Shown: positions 50,933-60,004 of the stretch, in pieces
Layout: every line of letters starts with the position of its first letter
How positions within the stretch are numbered: the stretch's first letter is position 1
From: Gammaproteobacteria bacterium
GTDB taxonomy: Bacteria > Pseudomonadota > Gammaproteobacteria > WFUO01
NCBI GenBank assembly: GCA_015484945.1
Contig: WFUO01000061.1
Coordinates: forward strand, 3,510-67,509
Direction of reading: 5' to 3'
DNA length: 64,000 nt
Translations under genes and position numbers: made by a program
The notes under the pieces: model-generated
What the model saw: only the letters and a program-made list of their open reading frames with translations
Databases searched by the model: none
Told to the model about the DNA's origin: nothing

Positions 50933-53581
50933 ATGCTCCGCAACCGTGTGACCGATGAGTACAGTCGCCAAACGGTTTCCGATACCCTGGCGGCATTCGG
51001 CGTGGATGTGCGAACCGGGCTTACCGCCGAACAGGTCAGGGCGGGGCGCAAAACCTGGGGCTACAATGAGATAGAGGAGCGCGAAGAACCGCTCTGGCAC
51101 CGTATCCTTCGCCGCTTCTGGGGGCCTATCCCTTGGATGATTGAAATCGCGGCGATACTGTCGGCCGTGGTACGCAAATGGGAAGACTTCGTCATCATTT
51201 CCATGCTGCTGCTGGTCAATGCCGGCCTGGACTTCCTTCAGGAGTCACGTGCCCGTAATGCGCTCAGGGCGTTGAAACAGAAGCTCGCCACCTCTGCCAT
51301 GGTTCTGCGTGACGGGCGGTTTCAGCCGCTGCCTGCCCGTGAACTGCTGCCAGGCGACATCGTCAGGCTCAGGATTGGCGATATCGTGCCGGCTGACATC
51401 CAGTTGCTCGATGGGGACTACCTGCTCGTTGATCAGTCGTCACTGACCGGTGAGTCTTTGCCGGTGGGCAGGAAGATCAACGAGGTCGTTTACGCCAATA
51501 CCGTTGTCAAGCAGGGTGAGATGACCGGTGTCGTCGTCAACACCGGTTCGCGCACCAATTTCTCCAATGTCGTCTCCCTGGTGGCCGCGGCCCAGACAGG
51601 TGAGCGCAGCCATTTCCAGAAGATGGTTATCCAGATCGGCAATTTCCTGATTCTGGTTACCGCTTTTCTGGTCGTCGTAATCCTGATCGTAGCCCTGTTC
51701 CGGCACGAGAATTTCATCGAGATTGCGCGTTTTTCGCTGGTGTTGACGGTGGCGGCGATACCAGTGGCATTGCCTGCGGTATTGTCTGTGACCATGGCGG
51801 TGGGTGCCATGAACCTGGCGCGCAGACAGGCCATCGTCTCCCATCTTACGGCGATCGAGGAACTGGCCGGTGTCGATATCCTGTGTTCTGACAAGACCGG
51901 CACATTGACGCACAACGAGATGCAAGTGGCCGAACCGGTGGTGTTCGAGGGGCATGACGAACGTGAGTTGTTCCTGATCGCTATCCTGGCCTCGCGCCTT
52001 GAAAACCGTGATCCCATAGAATTGCCACTATTCCATTATGCAGACGAACGTCTGGGCGGTCTCGATACCAGCGCCTACAGGCAGGTTGAATTCGTACCCT
52101 TCGATCCGATCATCAAGCGTACCGAGGCCACGATAGAATCACAGGATGGTCGTTTCGTCGCCGTCAAGGGCGCGGCCCAGGTATTGATCGAGATGGCGGA
52201 ACTGGACGATAGCCTGGCGAACGAGATCGGAACCACGGTGGAACTGTTGGCCTCGAGAGGTTACCGGACGCTAGCCGTCGGGCGGCGCAGTGGCGATGGT
52301 CCATTGGAACTTATCGGGCTGATCCCATTGTACGACCCGCCACGTGACGATTCAGCGGCGGTCATCGAACAGATGCGTGATTATGGCATCCAGGTAAAGA
52401 TGGTCACGGGCGACAACCTGGCGATTGCACGCGAGATTGGCAAGCTGCTGGGTCTGCAACACAAAGCCATACAGTCACGGCAGCTCACCGGCGCGGCATC
52501 CAGTGAGCTGCTGGCACTGGTGGAGGCGCTGGCAACGGCCATCTACAGACGACTGAAGGGCGAGGTATCCATGCGTGAGGCAAAACGATTTGCCCACGAT
52601 GTCATGCAAACACTGACCGAGCTGTACGACACCAGCCTGCTGGAGCGCGAGTTCATTCATACACATGAGTCCGCCATCATCGAGATGATCGAGATGGTCG
52701 ATATCTTCGCTGAGGTCGTGCCCGAGGATAAATATCTGATCGTCGATACCCTGCAGAAGGGTGGCCATTTCGTTGCCATGACCGGTGACGGAGTCAATGA
52801 CGCCCCTGCACTGAAAAAGGCGGACTGTGGCTTCGCCGTCTCCAATGCCACCGATGCCGCACGTGCCGCTGCCGACATCATCCTGACGGCGCCTGGTCTG
52901 TCGGTCATCGGTCATGCCGTCGAGCAGGCGCGCATTACTTTCGAGCGTATGAAGAGCTATGCCATTTTCCGTATCGCCGAAACCATACGCATCATTCTGT
53001 TTATGGCATTATCCATCATCATCTTCAATTTCTATCCGATCACCGCGTTGATGATCATCATGCTCGCGCTGCTCAATGATATCCCCATCCTGGCCATTGC
53101 CTATGATCATACGCGTGTACACACTGAACCAGTGCGCTGGAAGATGCCCGAGCTGATCACTGTGGCCAGCGTACTCGGTATCAGTGGCGTCATATCATCG
53201 TTTCTGCTGTTCTTCATCATGCAGGAGAAAGGCTACCCGCTGGATTTCATTCAGACCGTGCTTTTCCTCAAGTTGATTGTTGCCGGCCACAGCACCCTGT
53301 ATATCACTCGTTCCGAAGGCTGGTTCTGGCAGCGCCCCTGGCCCTCGCCGGTATTGTTCTGGGCAACTACGGGTACCGAGCTGATCGGTACGCTGGTAGC
53401 CGTATATGGTTTCATGGTTACGCCCATTGGATGGAAGGCGGCATTGTTTGTGTGGGGGTATGCCCTGGTCTGGTTCCTGATCAACGATGTCGTGAAGATG
53501 CTGACCTACCGGTTTTTGCGTATGGAGGGAGTTTACGGCATGCCCAAAAAGAAACAGGTGGTAGAGATCAGAAGGCCATGA
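50933..53581 (+). CDS. Type IIIA P-type ATPase (plasma-membrane H+-ATPase-like)
   Basis: SD aggagg. P-type motifs TGES, CSDKTGTLT, MVTGDN, TGDGVNDAPALKKAD. AIPVALPAVLSVTMAVGA and VPEDKYLIVDTLQ closely resemble plant and fungal H+-pump motifs (from memory). Confidence 0.85.
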   Translation: MLRNRVTDEYSRQTVSDTLAAFGVDVRTGLTAEQVRAGRKTWGYNEIEEREEPLWHRILRRFWGPIPWMIEIAAILSAVVRKWEDFVIISMLLLVNAGLDFLQESRARNALRALKQKLATSAMVLRDGRFQPLPARELLPGDIVRLRIGDIVPADIQLLDGDYLLVDQSSLTGESLPVGRKINEVVYANTVVKQGEMTGVVVNTGSRTNFSNVVSLVAAAQTGERSHFQKMVIQIGNFLILVTAFLVVVILIVALFRHENFIEIARFSLVLTVAAIPVALPAVLSVTMAVGAMNLARRQAIVSHLTAIEELAGVDILCSDKTGTLTHNEMQVAEPVVFEGHDERELFLIAILASRLENRDPIELPLFHYADERLGGLDTSAYRQVEFVPFDPIIKRTEATIESQDGRFVAVKGAAQVLIEMAELDDSLANEIGTTVELLASRGYRTLAVGRRSGDGPLELIGLIPLYDPPRDDSAAVIEQMRDYGIQVKMVTGDNLAIAREIGKLLGLQHKAIQSRQLTGAASSELLALVEALATAIYRRLKGEVSMREAKRFAHDVMQTLTELYDTSLLEREFIHTHESAIIEMIEMVDIFAEVVPEDKYLIVDTLQKGGHFVAMTGDGVNDAPALKKADCGFAVSNATDAARAAADIILTAPGLSVIGHAVEQARITFERMKSYAIFRIAETIRIILFMALSIIIFNFYPITALMIIMLALLNDIPILAIAYDHTRVHTEPVRWKMPELITVASVLGISGVISSFLLFFIMQEKGYPLDFIQTVLFLKLIVAGHSTLYITRSEGWFWQRPWPSPVLFWATTGTELIGTLVAVYGFMVTPIGWKAALFVWGYALVWFLINDVVKMLTYRFLRMEGVYGMPKKKQVVEIRRP

Positions 53582-53622
53582 TCGCCAGGTCTTCCAGTGT
53601 GTTGGCTCCAATATGCAAGCGT

Positions 53623-53952
53623 TTACATCGCGCAATTATGTGATGACATCCATGTGCACCGGAATCTGCTTGATGTCGTTGTACGGATAGCCGTAAGCAG
53701 GGCGGCCAGTATTATCACACCGCCGCTTATCGGCGTGACAGCACTGGCGTCAACGAAGGCGCTTGCGGTATCGGCTACCGCCAGGCCCACAGGCAGCGGA
53801 CCAAGGAAGGTAAACAGGCACACCAACCCGATGACCACCAGGGGTAAAACGATGCGTGAGGCGATGTCGTGGCTACCATGTCGGGTTGTATCGCGGAAGC
53901 CGTTGCAGAAATCGAAAACCGCCACGCCGCCTGCCGTCAAGACGATGAGCAA
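53623..53952 (-). CDS. Hypothetical small membrane protein (weak call)
   Basis: 109 aa ORF with three hydrophobic stretches. The only possible start is TTG, with no clear SD. Lies between the convergent ATPase stop and the divergent GGDEF-EAL promoter region. Confidence 0.25.
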   Translation of the reverse strand: MLIVLTAGGVAVFDFCNGFRDTTRHGSHDIASRIVLPLVVIGLVCLFTFLGPLPVGLAVADTASAFVDASAVTPISGGVIILAALLTAIRTTTSSRFRCTWMSSHNCAM

Positions 53953-54216
53953 GTCTGGGTATTCATGGTGTCATTGGGCGCAAACGCATGCATAGGAAGA
54001 ATTCCATGAAATTTTCGTGGTATGGCGCGATGATCGGGTGTCTTGTCATCGATTGCAGCGAAAAAAAACCAGAAAGATAAGGATTTGTAGCGTTGAGCCG
54101 TTAAATGATGATATATATCAAAGGTGATAGCCCGTGAGCTGCCGGCAGGATTGCCGGAGGCGGAAAATTGGTTGAACGCGTGCTCAGGATGGGGCGGATT
54201 TCATGACCTAGATGAT

Positions 54217-56721
54217 ATGAGTGAGCTGACACAACGCAGTCTGCGTAGCCGGTATATCCTGTTTTCGGGTCTCGTCGCGGGCCTGGTTGTGATCAGCGCA
54301 TGGTTTGGCAACAACTATATCCAGCAGGTCAACGAGCGTAACATCGTCGCCTTGCAGTTGCGCAACGAGGTTAATCGCGTGACTTCCGGGATTCGCCGCA
54401 AGCTGCGTCAGGCCGATGTGGCCCTCAATGGTCTGCTGATCTCACCCAGTGACCGTTTCACGCTTCGGGTTCTCAATAATTTGCGCCAGGCACGCGAACT
54501 GGCGGAATCGCTCGTGCGTCGCAAGGATGTGCGTCGCGCCGGCATCATGAGCGATATCAACGAACTGTTCAACAAGATTGGCCGCCTGATCGAACGTACC
54601 CGCGAGCTGCTGCTCAAACGCGCCGATCCCAACTGGGTCTATCCGGTACTGCCTTATCTTTCCACCCGTCTGTATCAGCCCAACCTTGATTTCGAAAGGG
54701 CCGTGGAACAGGCGTTGGGCGAGATCAGTGACAACGACGGACGGCCCTATGGCTCGCCGCTGTATGGCCGGTTTGCGGAGTTGCGTAGCCTCTGGCGGCG
54801 CAAGATCCTTGATTTCCGTGCTGTCATCATCCGTTTTTCCGGCCTTAGCCGGGTCGATGCCACCCCCCAGGAGAGGAATGTCGATCAGCTCATCGAGCTG
54901 ATCGACCAGCGTCTTCGACAACTGGAACGGTTACGCAAACAGGGCAAGCTGGATCTGGAGTCCGAAGAAGCCGTCATCGCCATGCGCAAAGCCGCACGTG
55001 CATGGGACCAAAACTGGAACATGATCAAGAAGATTCGCCGTTCGACGATCTGGCGGCGTGATATCCATTTTCTCGATACCCTGATCCGGCCCTTGCAGCA
55101 ACGCGTTTATGCCATTTTGCAGGACGTTGAGGGCGGCATCGAGAACTGGTCAGGCAAAAACGTCGAGAAGGTTCGCAATACCTCGCGCCAACTGGGTTTC
55201 ATGTTGTGGGGGTTCGCCGGGATTGGCGTGTTGTTCATCGTGTTGATCTATCTCATGCTCGATCGCATGGTGCTGGGTCCGGTCGCGCGCATGGCCGGTC
55301 AGCTCGAGAACGAGGGCGCCCAGTTCATGCTGGAGGACAACAGCAGCCGCGAGATCGCGCAGTTGACATCGGCATTCAATACCATGCGCCGTCAGATACA
55401 TCAGCGACAGATGGCGCTGGAACACCAGGCCCTGCATGATTCACTCACCGGTCTGCCCAACCGTGCGCTGCTGCATGACCGGCTCGAAAATGCCATCCAG
55501 ATCATGCGCAGGACCCATGCGCCGATGACCTTGTTACTGCTCGACCTGGACCGCTTCAAGGATGTCAACGATGCGCTCGGCCACCTGGTCGGCGACCGCC
55601 TGTTGCAGCTGGTGGGTCAGCGTCTCGAGGCAATCCTGCGGGAGTCGGATACCGTTGCGCGTCTTGGAGGGGATGAGTTCGCCATCGTCGCGCCGAACAC
55701 CGATGCCGGCCAGGCCGCTGAATTCGCCGAAAAGATCGTCCAGTCCATCGAGGAAGTGTTCCATATCGATGGCCAGAATCTCTATGTCGGTGTCAGTATC
55801 GGCGTGGCGATCTTTCCCGAGCATGGTGAAGATGCCGTCAGTCTGATACGCAACGCCGATATTGCCATGTATGTGGCCAAGGGTGGTAATCAGGGCTTTG
55901 CGATCTATGACGAGAGCCAGAGCAATGTGAGCGCCGATCAGCTTGCCCTGGTCGGTGATCTGCACCGGGAGTTGGAGAAGACCACTGCCTTGCAGCTCTA
56001 TTATCAGCCGCAGATCGACCTGATGAGCCGGGAGGTCGTTTCTGTCGAGGCTCTGCTGCGCTGGCCACACCCCGAGTATGGTTTCGTGTCGCCCGAGAGC
56101 GTCATCAACATGGCCGAGCATACCGGGCAGATAGGCCGGCTGACAGAGTGGGTCATCGATACCGCGCTGGCCGACGCTTGCCGTTTCCAGATGCCGGAGC
56201 GTTCCATCAATATCTCCATCAATCTTTCAGCCTGGAACCTGCAAGACCCGGCCCTGCCGGAAATGATCCGTCACAGGCTGCATTACTACAATGTATCGCC
56301 CAGCTATTTGACCCTCGAGATCACCGAGAGCGCCATGATGACCGATCCGGTACGCGCGCGCGAGGTGCTGATGGCGCTCAACGAGATGGGGATCAATTTG
56401 TCTGTGGATGATTTCGGTACCGGATTCTCGTCCCTGGGTTATCTGAAACTGCTGCCTGTCAACGACCTCAAGATCGACCGCTCGTTCGTCATAGACATGC
56501 TGCATGACGAAAATGACGCCATCATCGTCCATTCCACCATCGAGCTGGCGCACAACCTGGGTTTGCGCGTGGTGGCCGAAGGCGTCGAGAACGATGATGT
56601 TCTGCGCAAGCTGCGTCAGCTCAAATGCGATGTCGCCCAGGGTTATCACATCCTGCGTCCGCAACCGGCCATGGATTTCATCGTTTGGTTGCACAACTAC
56701 AAGCCGCGTATCGCGCGCTGA
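54217..56721 (+). CDS. Membrane sensor diguanylate cyclase/phosphodiesterase (TM-periplasmic domain-TM-HAMP-GGDEF-EAL)
   Basis: TM1 is ILFSGLVAGLVVISAWF. A ~290 aa predicted periplasmic helical region follows, then TM2 FMLWGFAGIGVLFIVLIYLML and a HAMP-like linker. Motifs RLGGDEF, then EALLRW, DDFGTGFSS, KIDRSF, EGVEND. The track start at GTG 54124 is possible. Confidence 0.88.
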   Translation: MSELTQRSLRSRYILFSGLVAGLVVISAWFGNNYIQQVNERNIVALQLRNEVNRVTSGIRRKLRQADVALNGLLISPSDRFTLRVLNNLRQARELAESLVRRKDVRRAGIMSDINELFNKIGRLIERTRELLLKRADPNWVYPVLPYLSTRLYQPNLDFERAVEQALGEISDNDGRPYGSPLYGRFAELRSLWRRKILDFRAVIIRFSGLSRVDATPQERNVDQLIELIDQRLRQLERLRKQGKLDLESEEAVIAMRKAARAWDQNWNMIKKIRRSTIWRRDIHFLDTLIRPLQQRVYAILQDVEGGIENWSGKNVEKVRNTSRQLGFMLWGFAGIGVLFIVLIYLMLDRMVLGPVARMAGQLENEGAQFMLEDNSSREIAQLTSAFNTMRRQIHQRQMALEHQALHDSLTGLPNRALLHDRLENAIQIMRRTHAPMTLLLLDLDRFKDVNDALGHLVGDRLLQLVGQRLEAILRESDTVARLGGDEFAIVAPNTDAGQAAEFAEKIVQSIEEVFHIDGQNLYVGVSIGVAIFPEHGEDAVSLIRNADIAMYVAKGGNQGFAIYDESQSNVSADQLALVGDLHRELEKTTALQLYYQPQIDLMSREVVSVEALLRWPHPEYGFVSPESVINMAEHTGQIGRLTEWVIDTALADACRFQMPERSINISINLSAWNLQDPALPEMIRHRLHYYNVSPSYLTLEITESAMMTDPVRAREVLMALNEMGINLSVDDFGTGFSSLGYLKLLPVNDLKIDRSFVIDMLHDENDAIIVHSTIELAHNLGLRVVAEGVENDDVLRKLRQLKCDVAQGYHILRPQPAMDFIVWLHNYKPRIAR

Positions 56722-56833
56722 CCTGCGGATATCAAACGAGACACCACTGAAATATTGCGAATACTGGCGTCAGGCGAATTGGTGAGGCTGCCGGAACCGG
56801 CGTGGCGCGAACGGTGAGACGGTTTGCGGAGTA

Positions 56834-56924
<91 letters not shown>

Positions 56925-57053
56925 GGCGGCCGGTGATTATATCCGTATTTCCCGAGATGGGCAAAAGTGAGGGGATGTGTGCGGGCCAGTCTGGAAAACG
57001 CGGCAGAATCAGTGCGTTGTGTATGTTTTCAGAACCGGAAAAGATGATTGAAA

Positions 57054-57140
57054 TGGTGCCGAGGAGAGGACTTGAACCTCCACGGGGTCACCCCCACTAG
57101 CACCTGAAGCTAGCGCGTCTACCAATTCCGCCACCTCGGC
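57054..57140 (-). tRNA. tRNA-Leu (anticodon CAG)
   Basis: Reverse complement GCCGAGGTGGCGGAATTGGTAGACGCGCTAGCTTCAGGTGCTAG... Acceptor GCCGAGG/CCTCGGC. Anticodon loop TTCAGGT. Long variable arm, T-loop GGTTCAAGTCC, encoded CCA. Confidence 0.93.
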
Positions 57141-57169
57141 ATGGTGCTCCGCTGAACAGCGAGACGCGA

Positions 57170-57198
57170 ACTTTACCCGCTGCCCGGCATCTTGTCAA
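57170..57198 (-). promoter_or_regulatory. Putative sigma70 promoter for tRNA-Leu
   Basis: On the minus strand: TTGACA (57198-57193), a 17 nt spacer, TAAAGT (57175-57170), then the GC-rich discriminator tcgcgtc. About 29 nt upstream of the mature tRNA 5' end. Confidence 0.45.
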
Positions 57199-57253
57199 TG
57201 CGCCGCATGGAGGAAACCGATATAATAAGCCACGATATGACAAGGAAAATTTC

Positions 57254-60004
57254 ATGAGCCGAAAAAAGACAGGGTCACCTGTTGTCGATGATCCCTACGC
57301 CGAGCGAGAGGCCCGGTCCTACGAACAACCCATCCCCAGTCGCGAATACATTCTGGAGCTTCTCGAGCAGGAGGGCCGGCCGATGCGCCAGGACGAGCTC
57401 GAGGCTCGCCTGGGTCTGGACGACGACCAGCGGCGTGAGGCGCTGCGTCGCCGCCTGCGGGCCATGGTGCGTGACGGCCAATTGATCCTCAACCGCCGCC
57501 GGGGTTATGCGCCGGCAGGCAAGTTGGACCTGGTGCGCGGCCGGGTGGTCGCCCATCCGGATGGTTTCGGTTTTCTGGTGCCGGAAGATGGCAGCAAGGA
57601 CCTGTTCATCTACCCGCGCGAGATGCGCGCATTGATGCACAACGATATTGCGCTGGTGCGGGTGGTCGGCATCGATCGTCAGGGCCGGCGTGAAGCATCA
57701 GTAGTGTCGATCATCGAGCGCGCCAACCACGAGGTGGTGGGGCGTTACCATGAGGAGAGCGGCATCAGCTTTGTCGTTGCCGAGAGCAAGCGCATCACCC
57801 AGGATATCTTCATTCCACCCGAGAACCGCGATGGCGCCAGACCGGGCCAGATGGTGGTGGCCGAGATCGTCGAACAGCCCACCCGGCATACCCAGCCGGT
57901 CGGGCGTATCACCGAGGTGCTGGGCGAGCACATGGCGCCGGGCATGGAGATCGACATTGCCATTCGTCAGTACGGCCTGCCGAGGACATGGCCGGCCGAG
58001 GTCATGGATGAAGCAGCGCGCTATGGCGACCGTATTCCGGCCGATGCGGTCAAGGACCGCGTGGATCTGCGTGATTTGCCTCTGGTAACCATCGATGGCG
58101 CCGATGCAAGGGATTTCGATGACGCCGTCTATTGCGAGCGCGATGGCAATGGCTGGCGTCTGTTCGTGGCCATCGCCGATGTGTCGCATTATGTTGCTCC
58201 CGGTTCGGCCCTGGACAGTGAGGCCTATCAGCGCGGCAATTCAGTGTATTTTCCCGAGCGTGTGGTTCCCATGTTGCCCGAGGTGTTGTCCAACGGACTG
58301 TGTTCGCTCAATCCTGATGTCGATCGTCTTTGCATGGTGTGCGAGATGCGGCTCGACAGCCGTGGCCGGATCGGCAGGTTCCGGTTTCACGAAGCTGTGA
58401 TGCGCTCACATGCGCGTCTGATCTATGATGATGTGTATGCCATGCTGAATGGCAGGGAGCCGGCACTGGCGCGACGGCACGCGGCACTGATGCCGCACCT
58501 GCGAAACCTTCACGAGCTCTATCAGGTATTGCGCAAGGCGCGTGACCGCCGCGGGGCCATCGATTTCGATACCGTTGAGACACGCATCGTGTTCGGCAAG
58601 GGACGCAAGATCGAGCAGATCGTGCCGGTTGAGCGCAACGATGCCCACAAGATGATCGAGGAGTGCATGATAGCGGCCAATGTCTGTGCCGCGCGTTTCC
58701 TGCATGAACATGAGATCCCGGCGCTGTACCGCATCCACGAAGCCCCGGATGGCGACAAGATCCAGGAACTGCGCGACTTTCTGTCCCAGATGGGTTTGCA
58801 GTTGCGTGGCGGTGATGAACCCGAGCCACGTCATTTCGCCGAGGTGCTGGCACAGGCGCAAGGGCGGCCTGATGCGCACCTGATACAGACCGTTTTGCTG
58901 CGCTCGATGAAGCAGGCACGTTACAGCCCGGAGTTTCTCGGTCACTTTGGTCTGGCGCAACAAGCCTATGCGCATTTCACTTCGCCGATCCGGCGCTATC
59001 CCGACTTGCTCGTGCACCGCGCGATACGTCATGTGCTGGCCCGGCGCAAGACCGGGGATTTTGCCTACACCCATGAGGACATGCTGGTGATCGGCGATCA
59101 TTGCTCGATGACCGACCGCCGTGCCGACGAGGCCACGCGCGACGTGGTCAACTGGCTCAAGTGCGAGTACATGCTCGACAAGGTGGGCGAGGTGTTCGAG
59201 GGCACCATCAGTTCGGTGACCTCGTTCGGCATCTTCGTCGAGCTCGATGGCGTGTATGTCGAGGGCCTTGTACATGTTACCGGACTGGCCGACGATTATT
59301 ATCACTACGACCCGGTCGGCCACCGGCTGATGGGTGAGCGTACGCGCCGTATCTACCGTCTGGGTGACAGGGTGCGTGTTCAGGTTGCCCGGGTATCGCT
59401 GGACGATCGCAAGATCGACTTCGAACTGACCGCCGAGCAGCCAGCCTATGCGCACCCCGACAAACTCGTGGAGGCCGAGCCGCGCAAGGCGCGCGGACCG
59501 GGCAGGCGCAGCCGCTCGCAACGACGGCGTGATACACGCCGCCGCGCCGCCACCGACCCGGTACCCGAGGCGTCATTGAAGCAGGAACAGACCGCGTCGG
59601 CGCCGGATGATGCCGTACTGGTCAGGGCCAGTGCTGAAAGGATTACCGGCGGCAAGAAGAAGGCCAGCGGGAAAAAGGTAACCGGCAAGAAGAAGGCCAC
59701 GGTCAAGAAGAAGACGGCGGCCAAGAAGAAGGCTGTCAGCAGGAAGAAGGCTGTCAGCAGGAAGAAGGCCAGCAAGAAAAAGGCCAGCAAGAAAAAGGCC
59801 GTTGGCAAGAAAACGACAAGTAAGCGCTCGACAGTGAAGAAGGCGAGTGCAGGCAAAAAGAAAGTGGCCAGGAAGGCGGCAACGAAGAAAACCGCCGTGA
59901 AAAGGAAGACAGCCGTGAAGAAGAAAAAAGCGGCTGCCACCAGGAAGAAAACGGCGGTACGGAAGAAGGTGGCCGGCACGAAGACAGCACGCGGGCGTCG
60001 ATGA
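57254..60004 (+). CDS. rnr: Ribonuclease R with a long Lys/Ala-rich C-terminal tail
   Basis: 916 aa with an RNB catalytic core (TIDGADARDFDDAV, HFGL, YAHFTSPIRRYPDL) and an S1 domain (EGTISSVTSFGIFVEL). About 130-190 basic tail residues. Confidence 0.95.
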   Translation: MSRKKTGSPVVDDPYAEREARSYEQPIPSREYILELLEQEGRPMRQDELEARLGLDDDQRREALRRRLRAMVRDGQLILNRRRGYAPAGKLDLVRGRVVAHPDGFGFLVPEDGSKDLFIYPREMRALMHNDIALVRVVGIDRQGRREASVVSIIERANHEVVGRYHEESGISFVVAESKRITQDIFIPPENRDGARPGQMVVAEIVEQPTRHTQPVGRITEVLGEHMAPGMEIDIAIRQYGLPRTWPAEVMDEAARYGDRIPADAVKDRVDLRDLPLVTIDGADARDFDDAVYCERDGNGWRLFVAIADVSHYVAPGSALDSEAYQRGNSVYFPERVVPMLPEVLSNGLCSLNPDVDRLCMVCEMRLDSRGRIGRFRFHEAVMRSHARLIYDDVYAMLNGREPALARRHAALMPHLRNLHELYQVLRKARDRRGAIDFDTVETRIVFGKGRKIEQIVPVERNDAHKMIEECMIAANVCAARFLHEHEIPALYRIHEAPDGDKIQELRDFLSQMGLQLRGGDEPEPRHFAEVLAQAQGRPDAHLIQTVLLRSMKQARYSPEFLGHFGLAQQAYAHFTSPIRRYPDLLVHRAIRHVLARRKTGDFAYTHEDMLVIGDHCSMTDRRADEATRDVVNWLKCEYMLDKVGEVFEGTISSVTSFGIFVELDGVYVEGLVHVTGLADDYYHYDPVGHRLMGERTRRIYRLGDRVRVQVARVSLDDRKIDFELTAEQPAYAHPDKLVEAEPRKARGPGRRSRSQRRRDTRRRAATDPVPEASLKQEQTASAPDDAVLVRASAERITGGKKKASGKKVTGKKKATVKKKTAAKKKAVSRKKAVSRKKASKKKASKKKAVGKKTTSKRSTVKKASAGKKKVARKAATKKTAVKRKTAVKKKKAAATRKKTAVRKKVAGTKTARGRR
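59732..59797 (+). repeat. In-frame tandem repeats inside the rnr tail (2 x 18 bp, then 2 x 15 bp)
   Basis: gctgtcagcaggaagaag at 59732-59749 and again at 59750-59767. gccagcaagaaaaag at 59768-59782 and again at 59783-59797. These encode AVSRKK x2 and ASKKK x2. Confidence 0.9.

Noticed and set aside
57192-57226. Plus-strand TTGTCA ... TATAAT pair upstream of rnr.
   Set aside because: The spacer is 23 nt, too long for a sigma70 promoter. The same TTGACA read on the minus strand fits a tRNA-Leu promoter with a 17 nt spacer instead.
59640-59990. Repetitive aag/aaa-rich DNA that could be mistaken for a CRISPR or a satellite array.
   Set aside because: The repeats are in-frame codon repeats of the RNase R lysine-rich tail. 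There is no repeat-spacer architecture.
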